Positions 56,489-64,000 of a stretch of DNA of 64,000 nucleotides are shown here, piece after piece. This DNA comes from Candidatus Hydrogenedentota bacterium (lineage in GTDB: Bacteria > Hydrogenedentota > Hydrogenedentia > Hydrogenedentales > SLHB01). Numbering within the stretch: the stretch's first letter is position 1; each line of letters starts with the position of its first letter. The stretch spans positions 160,001 through 224,000 of the forward strand of contig CAXXYE010000007.1 in NCBI GenBank assembly GCA_963674865.2, in the 5' to 3' direction. The position numbers and the translations under genes are program-made. The notes below the pieces were generated by a model. It was not told the DNA's origin, did not search any database, and saw only the letters and a program-made list of their open reading frames with translations.

Positions 56489-58848
56489 TCCTCCCCCTTT
56501 CTATCATGCTCTCCGAGGGTGAATTTGAAACACGCTCCCTTGTCCAGCTCGGATTTCACCCAAATGGTGCCGGCATGCCTTTCCACGATTTTGCGGCAAA
56601 TGGCCAGCCCGATTCCAGTCCCCTCATACTCATTTCGATGGTGCAGCCTGCGAAACGGCGAGAAGATCTGCTCGGCGTACTCAGGTTTCAGCCCAATCCC
56701 ATTGTCCTGAACTGCGAGTTCCCAGTGGTCTTTCACCTTCTCCGCCCTCAACTCGATCCGTGGGGCGGCTTCGCCGTGGAATTTCAGCGCGTTGCCGATG
56801 AGATTCTGATAGAGCTGAACAAGAAGGCCCTTGTCTCCTCGCACGACCGGTAGGGCGCCTCGTGCGATCTCCGCCCCCGTTTCCGCCACCCGTATCTCGA
56901 GAGCGTCCAGCGCGCTGTCCACGCACTCATCCAGCGGCACGTCCTCCACGTTCATGCTCCGCCGGCCCGAACGGGAGAGGGCGAGGAGGTCCCGCACGAG
57001 CCGTTGCATACGCTCGGCCGCGGAGGTGATCACCTTGAGATCTTGGCGCACTTCGGACTCATCATTCTTCTGCATGTCCTCCAGCAACATATCGCTGAAG
57101 GCCGTGAGCTTGCGCAGCGGCTCTTGGAGATCGTGGCTCGCGATGTAGGTGAATTCATCCAGTTCCTTATTGCGCGCCGCCAGATCGCGATTGGCCTGTT
57201 CGAGCAGGACCGCGTGCCGCTTCAGGGCCTCCGCCATCTGCTTGCGCTCGGTGATATTGCGGCTCATGCCCACGATCCCCGCGATATCGCCTTGCGCGTC
57301 CTTCAGCGGCACTTTGGTGGTTAGAAGCCAGTGTTTCTCGCCCTGTTCCGTGACCACCGACTCCTCGCGGTTCACCAGCGACTCCCCGGATTGGACAATC
57401 GCCTGCTCGTCGTTGAAGTACTGCGCCGCCAGTTGCCGCGGGAAGATGTCGTAGTCCGTTTTCCCCGCGACGTCATCTTGAGTGTCCGCTCGCAGCAGCC
57501 GGAGGTGGGCCGTGTTATTAAGAATAAACCGGCTCTCCGCGTCTTTCGCGAAGATGTAGTCCGGCAAGTTATCGACCAGCGTGCGCAGCAGGTTCCGCTC
57601 CCTTGCGAGGGCCTCCTCGGCGCGTTTGTGCGCCGTCATATCCCAACAGACGCCCGTCATCCGCACCGGCTTGCCTTCCTCGTCCCGGTAAACCTTGCCT
57701 CGGGAGCCGAGTTCGTGGAGGCTTCCATCCGGCCAAACCACCTGGTACTCCGTATCGTACGGCGCGTCTTGCTCGGTAGCCTGTTTGATCTCCGCCGCGA
57801 CGCGCTGCCTGTCGCGAGCGTGTAACATGCTCAGAAACGCCTCGTACGTCCCCCCAAACGCCCCAGGCTCCAAGCCGAACAGGGGATGGATATAGTCATC
57901 CCAGATGAGCTTGTGCCCGGGGATATCCCAACTCCACGTACCCACTCCGGAAGACCTCAGTGCCAGGTTGAGGCGCTCCCTGCTCTCATACAGCGCATGC
58001 TCCGCCGCCTGTCGCCCCGTGACATCGTTGAAGACGACTACCGTGCCCATGAACTTCCCGCTGACATCCAACATGCGCTGCAGCTTGATCTGAAATGAGC
58101 GCAGGCCCTTTCGCGTCTGGATTCGCTTCTCAACCGGCAGCTCGGATTCTCCCGAGGATGCCATGTCGGCCAATTCCTTGCTCAGCCAGGGCAATTCATG
58201 CTTGCCATTTTCGCGGTGGTAGTAAGCCGATCCAGGTACGTTTAGCCCCTCGAACAGCGTCGCCGCCGCATGGTTCAGATTGTCGATGCGGTTCTGTTCA
58301 TCCAGCAACACCACCGGGTCGTGGAGGCTCTCGAAGATCGTTACATACTTGTTCTTCTCATTCGTGATTTCGCGATTCCCGGCCTCCAGCTCCTCCGTCC
58401 GCGCGCTTTCCCCAAGCCGCGCCCACTCCACGCAAAATCCGAGCTCCACGCGGTCGAAAAACCTCTCGACGAAGAGCCGCCGATGTTCGGTGTCCTCCGG
58501 GGAGTAGCCCGCCTCGAGGACGAGGTCGACGTAGCTCTGCCGGTAGTACTTCATTAAACCGAGGAACATGCCCAACGTGATACCGCGCGCCCGGTGGCGT
58601 TTTGCCTCGAGGACGCCGAACGACGCAATGGGATCCTCGGTGTAGTCTTCTTCGGGACTCAGTTCGGGGGGGGCATCGTATGCGTCCAGGGCGGTTGCCA
58701 GCGCTTCGGAGAGGCCCGAAATCGAAATCCGCCAGGCCTCCGCAAGCGTGGACGTGTACTCGGTGAAACCGTGCTCCTTGGCGTACGCCAGAACCCGCTG
58801 GATAAGCCATTCCTCGCGGCTCATGACGAGTTGGGCCAGTGCCTTCAT
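56485..58848 (-). CDS. Cytoplasmic multi-PAS sensor histidine kinase
   Basis: Three PAS/PAC-like domains; ASHDLQEPLR; NALKF; GTGIGLA. Confidence 0.93.
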   Translation of the reverse strand: MKALAQLVMSREEWLIQRVLAYAKEHGFTEYTSTLAEAWRISISGLSEALATALDAYDAPPELSPEEDYTEDPIASFGVLEAKRHRARGITLGMFLGLMKYYRQSYVDLVLEAGYSPEDTEHRRLFVERFFDRVELGFCVEWARLGESARTEELEAGNREITNEKNKYVTIFESLHDPVVLLDEQNRIDNLNHAAATLFEGLNVPGSAYYHRENGKHELPWLSKELADMASSGESELPVEKRIQTRKGLRSFQIKLQRMLDVSGKFMGTVVVFNDVTGRQAAEHALYESRERLNLALRSSGVGTWSWDIPGHKLIWDDYIHPLFGLEPGAFGGTYEAFLSMLHARDRQRVAAEIKQATEQDAPYDTEYQVVWPDGSLHELGSRGKVYRDEEGKPVRMTGVCWDMTAHKRAEEALARERNLLRTLVDNLPDYIFAKDAESRFILNNTAHLRLLRADTQDDVAGKTDYDIFPRQLAAQYFNDEQAIVQSGESLVNREESVVTEQGEKHWLLTTKVPLKDAQGDIAGIVGMSRNITERKQMAEALKRHAVLLEQANRDLAARNKELDEFTYIASHDLQEPLRKLTAFSDMLLEDMQKNDESEVRQDLKVITSAAERMQRLVRDLLALSRSGRRSMNVEDVPLDECVDSALDALEIRVAETGAEIARGALPVVRGDKGLLVQLYQNLIGNALKFHGEAAPRIELRAEKVKDHWELAVQDNGIGLKPEYAEQIFSPFRRLHHRNEYEGTGIGLAICRKIVERHAGTIWVKSELDKGACFKFTLGEHDRKGEE

Positions 58849-59065
58849 GTATCGTCCTCCCGAGCTTCGCGGCGCGGCATACGGCCTCCGCTCCCATCGC
58901 ATCACTTCGATTATACGCTATTCGGTGGGCAATCCGGCCACCGAAGCAGAATCGGCGTTCTAGACGAACTGGCCGCCTCAGCCGCCGGATGGCCTTGAAA
59001 TCCCCTGCCCTTGCGGGCATCCTTCCCCAGGGGCGTGCGGTGAGCCGCCCGAGGGAAGGAGTTGC

Positions 59066-59785
59066 ATGAACCTATCGCTGTTGGTACTGGCTGTTATATG
59101 CGGTGTCCCGCTCTTGAACTGCGCCCTCATCATCGGAATGACGGTATACACCGTCAGAACCATGTACCGCGGCCTCGCCTTGACGCCCGCCACCGGAGCC
59201 ACCCATCCGGGCGCGTTTGTGCAGGTTCACAAGCATGATGAGTGGGCCAGGGAACAGGGATTCGATTGGATTGGGGCATTTACGACGGCGCTTGCGGGCG
59301 TGCCGTGGTTTATTGCGGCGTGGCGCCATCAGGAACGCCCCACGTACTTCTGTATCTACGTTGCCGGTGGCCAGATCATTTTCGACTTCGTCACGGAGTT
59401 CTCCGAGACGCGTGCCCTCACTACAGGCAGTGTCCGCGACGCCCAGTTCTTGCCTAAGCCGCCGGGCGATTACCAGCAGAGCTTCAGCGGCCTCACCGTT
59501 GACGAACTACTGGCGCAACACACCAAAGCCGAACGCTTTCTCACGGCCGAAGGCGGGATCGAGATGCGGCCCATGCAGCGCTCTTTCGAGGAGTGCCTCC
59601 AGGCAGCCGCCATTCGCCAGACGGGCTACGTGCAGGGCCTTTCCTTGTGGCCGCTGCGGGCGCCTGTGTGGTACTGGCTCAGGAAACGGCTCCTACACAA
59701 TAAGTCCATCGAGGAACTCCACCGGGCTCGGAAAGTTCTTCTGCCGCGTGATCCCGCGTTTCGTGAGTTTCCCTCACCAATGTAG
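59066..59785 (+). CDS. Hypothetical membrane-anchored protein
   Basis: SD aaggag; N-terminal TM. Confidence 0.72.
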   Translation: MNLSLLVLAVICGVPLLNCALIIGMTVYTVRTMYRGLALTPATGATHPGAFVQVHKHDEWAREQGFDWIGAFTTALAGVPWFIAAWRHQERPTYFCIYVAGGQIIFDFVTEFSETRALTTGSVRDAQFLPKPPGDYQQSFSGLTVDELLAQHTKAERFLTAEGGIEMRPMQRSFEECLQAAAIRQTGYVQGLSLWPLRAPVWYWLRKRLLHNKSIEELHRARKVLLPRDPAFREFPSPM

Positions 59786-59809
59786 AGGGTGCCCCGGCCA
59801 CTTGGGGAA

Positions 59810-59838
59810 TTGACCGCCCGAAATGCGAGCCTTAGAAT
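59810..59838 (+). promoter_or_regulatory. Putative sigma70 promoter
   Basis: TTGACC-N17-TAGAAT. Confidence 0.55.
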
Positions 59839-59895
59839 CCGGGGCCGATGGCCGGCGCCCGTGAGGCATCCGCACCCGACGCGAAAGGAGGGGCC

Positions 59896-62673
59896 ATGCT
59901 AGGTCCATTAGGCCTCGTCGTCATTGCATTGGCCGGTGCGCTCTATCCGCCGCAGCCCGGCATAACGGAAGTGCCTGCAAAGGGAGTATCTACCATGGAT
60001 GTCATCGCGAACGCCCACTGGCGTTTTGGAGGCGAACTTGGCGCCCGCATTGAGCGCAATGTAACGCAATGGCTTCTCCGCGCGCCCGACGCGAATCCTG
60101 GACTGATCGAGATGTTCAGGCGGCGCGACCGCCGTCTGCCCTACGATACGCCCGTGCCATGGGCGGGCGAGTTCGCGGGAAAGTACCTCATCTCGGGCGT
60201 TCAGGCGCTCCGCATGACGGACGATCCCAAGCTCGAAACGCATCTCGCCGCCTTCGTGGCCGATCTCGTCTCCTGCCAGGCCGACGACGGATACCTCGGC
60301 CCATGGCCCAAGGACGAGCGCCTCTTGGGCCACTGGGATCTCTGGGGCCACTACCACTGCATGCTCGGCCTCGTGATGTGGCATGACCACACCGGCGACG
60401 CCGCGGCCTGGAAATGCGTGCTGCGCGCCGCCGACTGTATCTGCGATATCTACGCCGATGGCGAACGACGTCCCATCGATGCCGGCGCCCCTCAGATCAA
60501 TCTCTCCGTACTCCATGTCTTCGGGCAGATCTACTGCCGCACCGGCAATCCCCGCTATCTTCGCCTCATCGAGCGCATCGAGGAGGATATAGCCAAGGAC
60601 GGGGACTGGCTGCGCCTTGGCGAGGCCGGTGTGCCTTACTATCAGCTTCCCGGCGGCGGGACGCGGTGGGAAAGCCTGCACATCGTGCAAGGGATTATCG
60701 AGTGCTATCTGATCACGGGGGAGGAGCGCTACAAGAAGGCCGCCGTTTCGCTCTGGGAAAGCCTACGCCGCTTCGACCGCCATCCCTCGGGCGCCTTCTC
60801 GACCAACGAGTGCGCCTACGGCTCACCCTACGCCCTAGGCGCTATCGAGACATGCTGCTCCGTGGCCTGGGAGGCGCTCACCATCGACGTTCTCCGCCTG
60901 ACGGGCGACGCCCGCGTCGCCGACGAACTCGAGCTTACCACCTGGAACCAGGTGCTCGCTGCGCAGCACCCCTCCGGAAGCTGGTGGACGTATGACACGC
61001 CCATGGACGGCGTCCGCGTGCCCTCGTTCCAGCATATCAGTTTCCAATACCGGCCCGGCACGCCCGAACTCAATTGCTGCTCCGTAAACGCCCCCCGCGG
61101 CCTCGGAATGCTGTCGGAGTGGGCCGTGCTCGAGGATGACGAGGGCCTTGTCGTGAACTTCTACGGCCCCGGCCGGTTTGATATCGAGCGCAAGAGTGGC
61201 GAGCGCGTAGTCCTAACGCAGGAAACCGCGTATCCCTTGAGCGGGGCCATTTCCATTACTGTGCAACCTACGCAGGCCGCCGCCTTCACACTGCGCCTGC
61301 GCGTACCGGAGTGGTCGCGCCACACCACCGTAGCCGTCAACGGCCGGCCTCTTGAGGCAGTCCCCGTGCCAGGTACGTACCTGGCCGTAAAGCGTACCTG
61401 GACGCCTGGAGATCGCGTGGAACTCGGCCTGGACATGGCCCCGCGCTACTGGGCGGGCGAGGAGGAGCGTTACGGCCGGGCCGCCGTCTACACCGGGCCG
61501 CTGCTCTTGGCCTTCGACGCGTTCTTCAACGAGGCCGAAACGGCAGACATGCCGGCCATTGAAGTGGATAAGCTCGGCCTCAAGCTGCTCCCGATTGATG
61601 TCGAGCGCAGGCCCGGCAAGTTCCCGCCCATGGGACTCTGGGAAGTGACAACCGAGGGCGGCGGCATCACGCTTTGCGACTTTGCGTCGGCCGGTGCCCA
61701 CGGTACGGACTACGTGGCGTGGCTGCCCGTGGCGCATGTGCCCGCGCCGCCTGTTTCCCTCAGCATTCCCGAGCACGGCACGGTGGGGACGCCGGGCCCC
61801 ATCCTGTTTCGATGGCGGGACGGCGGCCCCTACGAAGGGACGTATACGCTTCTCGTGGCGAGGGATGCCGCGTTCAAGGAGGTCGTTCTGAAGCGCGAAA
61901 GCCTTTCGACAAGTTCGCCGACGGTGGGGGAAGGGCTGAACGAGGAGGGCGACTACTTCTGGAAGGTCCTCACCGGCAATGAAAACGGCATTAGCGAGAA
62001 TCGTGACGGGCCGCGCCGCTTCCGAGTCAGCGGCAGCGCGGATCGGCCATTCTTCGCCCTCGGCGAGCACAGCCTTCTCCTCGACGCGCCCTTGGATGGG
62101 GACGGTACGCCGGCCCTCGGCCTGTGCAGCCATCAGCGCGGCCTCGAACCCGCGCCGGATCGAAATGGCCAGTCTGGGAGGGCCGTCGCCTTCGACGGCG
62201 CAACCAGTGAACTGCGATATGAGCTGCCCTTCTTCCCGAATACCGACTACACCTTCTGCGCCTGGGCCTGTCCCGAGGTATCTCCCTCCGGACTTCAGCA
62301 GATCGGATCGGCCTGGCACACCGGAATGGACGATCCCCTCCGCGTGTGCGTTGAGGATAGTCAATTGACGGCCAGGATCGAGGCGGGATCGTTCTACGGA
62401 ACGGAAGGCGTGCATTTGGAGAACGGCGTTTGGGCCCACATCGCGGCCGTGAAGCAAGGCGAGACGCTGACGCTCTTTGTTGACGGCAAACCGGCGAAGA
62501 AGGTGCGCGTCCCCGGCAGGCTCAACACGAAAAGCACGCAACTCGGCATTGGCTTCAATCCGCTTTTCGACGGAGGCGAGCGCTTCAAGGGGCGCCTCGA
62601 TGATGTCGTGTTCTACGCCGAAGCGCTTTCCCCCGCCCAGATCGCGTCCATCTACACCTCAGGCAAGCCCTAG
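59896..62673 (+). CDS. Secreted GH127-like (beta-L-arabinofuranosidase family) glycoside hydrolase with C-terminal LamG domain
   Basis: GEFAGK, Q.DDGYLG, ETCC, NCC..N, QET.YP, RVPEW; W.HIAAV...LFVDG...G.LDDV. Confidence 0.85.
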   Translation: MLGPLGLVVIALAGALYPPQPGITEVPAKGVSTMDVIANAHWRFGGELGARIERNVTQWLLRAPDANPGLIEMFRRRDRRLPYDTPVPWAGEFAGKYLISGVQALRMTDDPKLETHLAAFVADLVSCQADDGYLGPWPKDERLLGHWDLWGHYHCMLGLVMWHDHTGDAAAWKCVLRAADCICDIYADGERRPIDAGAPQINLSVLHVFGQIYCRTGNPRYLRLIERIEEDIAKDGDWLRLGEAGVPYYQLPGGGTRWESLHIVQGIIECYLITGEERYKKAAVSLWESLRRFDRHPSGAFSTNECAYGSPYALGAIETCCSVAWEALTIDVLRLTGDARVADELELTTWNQVLAAQHPSGSWWTYDTPMDGVRVPSFQHISFQYRPGTPELNCCSVNAPRGLGMLSEWAVLEDDEGLVVNFYGPGRFDIERKSGERVVLTQETAYPLSGAISITVQPTQAAAFTLRLRVPEWSRHTTVAVNGRPLEAVPVPGTYLAVKRTWTPGDRVELGLDMAPRYWAGEEERYGRAAVYTGPLLLAFDAFFNEAETADMPAIEVDKLGLKLLPIDVERRPGKFPPMGLWEVTTEGGGITLCDFASAGAHGTDYVAWLPVAHVPAPPVSLSIPEHGTVGTPGPILFRWRDGGPYEGTYTLLVARDAAFKEVVLKRESLSTSSPTVGEGLNEEGDYFWKVLTGNENGISENRDGPRRFRVSGSADRPFFALGEHSLLLDAPLDGDGTPALGLCSHQRGLEPAPDRNGQSGRAVAFDGATSELRYELPFFPNTDYTFCAWACPEVSPSGLQQIGSAWHTGMDDPLRVCVEDSQLTARIEAGSFYGTEGVHLENGVWAHIAAVKQGETLTLFVDGKPAKKVRVPGRLNTKSTQLGIGFNPLFDGGERFKGRLDDVVFYAEALSPAQIASIYTSGKP

Positions 62674-62789
62674 ACCACCAGCTCTGCTGATGGCTCAGTT
62701 GCGAGTCAGTGTGTAAGGCGGATCATAATCCGCCGAAAAAGGTTCTCCGTGATATCGCTCGTCTACATTCTAACCTGCGCTGGCCGGAG

Positions 62790-63395
62790 TCAGAACCGCA
62801 CCTCATATCCGACGCATAGGTGCGGCTCCAGGGGGTGGTCCTGGACGATGTCGAACTTCTCTTTCACCAAAGGCCATTCCTCGGGCAGGCAACAGCAATA
62901 GACGTACTCAACGCCGATGTGGGCCTCATTCATCCAATCGGCGATCTTTTGCGGAGCGCGCATCCGGAAGCGATAGTGCCGCCCGATCTCTTTCATGCCC
63001 AGGCGAACGTAGTAACGCTGGGCCCGCCGCTCTTGCGTCCAGTACTCCAGTCGGTGGTAGCCCTTGCGCTTGGCGTCCTCGACGGTGGCCTCGATGAGCA
63101 TCTTGCCGATGCCGTGGCCTGCGTACTCCGGTAGCCGCCCGAATTCAAGGACGTATCCGCCCGGGCTGTCCCTCAAGAAACACAGCTCGCCGACGGCGTT
63201 CTCGTACTTGGTGTCCGTAAGCCCGACGATTTTCCCTTCAGCTACGACGACAAGCCGCGTCGACGGATATCCCTCGTAGGCCGGCCGCTCCTGAATGGTG
63301 TAATTCCAGGCGTGAGAGATGCTCATGATGATCGCATGAACGCGCATCCACTCCTGCTCATCCTCCGGCCGGTATTCGCGTATCTCGATCTCCAT
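62790..63395 (-). CDS. GNAT acetyltransferase
   Basis: IREYRPEDE, PEYAGHGIG..L, A.RYY..LG. Confidence 0.85.
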   Translation of the reverse strand: MEIEIREYRPEDEQEWMRVHAIIMSISHAWNYTIQERPAYEGYPSTRLVVVAEGKIVGLTDTKYENAVGELCFLRDSPGGYVLEFGRLPEYAGHGIGKMLIEATVEDAKRKGYHRLEYWTQERRAQRYYVRLGMKEIGRHYRFRMRAPQKIADWMNEAHIGVEYVYCCCLPEEWPLVKEKFDIVQDHPLEPHLCVGYEVRF

Positions 63396-64000
63396 CACGC
63401 CCCTCCGCACTCCGTATCCTCTCTGCCAAGCAGTGCCTCCGCCTCGCCGCTCTTGCCGAGGGCCTCGGCCGCGTGCCGTAGATTGGCCCGCGCATCGCCG
63501 TAGCCGGGCCGAAGTCGGACCGCTTGGGCGAACGCCGCGTAAGCCCTTTCCCGCTCGCCTATCTCCCAGAGGATCGCGCCCAGATCGTTGTAATTTCGCT
63601 CAAGCAGCGGGAAAGCCGCGATGGCGTCCTTGAGAAACCCCAGCGCCGAGGCCATGTCTCCTTGCGCCAGGGCAGCATGGGCACGCTCGTTGAGCTGCCG
63701 GGATTCGAGGGCCGCGTCAGTCCGGTGCTCTGGGCGCAGGCCCCATTTCTCCGTGTAGCGCTGCTCATTCGCGGCCATGAGACTCCGCCACTTCTCATCG
63801 GTTAGTCCCATGCCAAGGAAGGTCCGGCTCCCATAGTGGAAGACGAACGCGTCCTCGGCCACGCACAGCCGGTAACCCGCCTGGCGCACGCGCAGGCAGT
63901 AGTCATCATCCTCGAAATTGCCCAGCCCATACCGCTCATCGAGCCCGCCGGCCCGCTGCCTTACCTCATCTCGAATCAAGACACAAAACGCGACGAGACG
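63395..64000 (-). CDS. Glycosyltransferase family 2 with C-terminal TPRs (5' end outside window)
   Basis: AFCVLI...GGLDERYGLGNFEDDDYCLR...FVFHYGS; TPR NDLGA. Confidence 0.88.
   Translation of the reverse strand, partial: RLVAFCVLIRDEVRQRAGGLDERYGLGNFEDDDYCLRVRQAGYRLCVAEDAFVFHYGSRTFLGMGLTDEKWRSLMAANEQRYTEKWGLRPEHRTDAALESRQLNERAHAALAQGDMASALGFLKDAIAAFPLLERNYNDLGAILWEIGERERAYAAFAQAVRLRPGYGDARANLRHAAEALGKSGEAEALLGREDTECGGA

Overview
GC-rich bacterial chromosomal region, mostly housekeeping and envelope genes. The surface-protein architecture and repeat types suggest a Hydrogenedentota- or PVC-like lineage, but this is inference only. Core content: a shikimate kinase-chorismate synthase fusion (truncated by the window), aroA, aroE, rsmE, hinT, a PTS EIIA-zinc ribbon fusion, an archaeal-type GlmU-like protein, ilvBN, the siroheme/Ahb heme cluster (cysG-N, hemC, cobA-hemD, ahbC, ahbA, ahbB, ahbD), HU, two-component genes and a GH127. 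Mobile or accessory content: one complete IS1202-family element (21000-22581, exact 17-bp target duplication, branched hairpin in its 3' non-coding part), an IS200 tnpA remnant, an FkbM gene broken by a 5-bp tandem duplication, an FRG-domain gene coupled to the heme operon, and at least five families of dispersed intergenic repeats. One family is a ~170-bp modular repeat in five copies bracketing a beta-helix surface protein gene. Four active/degenerate paralogue pairs also occur (amidohydrolase, transglutaminase, metallophosphoesterase, histidine kinase). No rRNA, tRNA or CRISPR array was seen. All calls come from motif reading, with no database searches.
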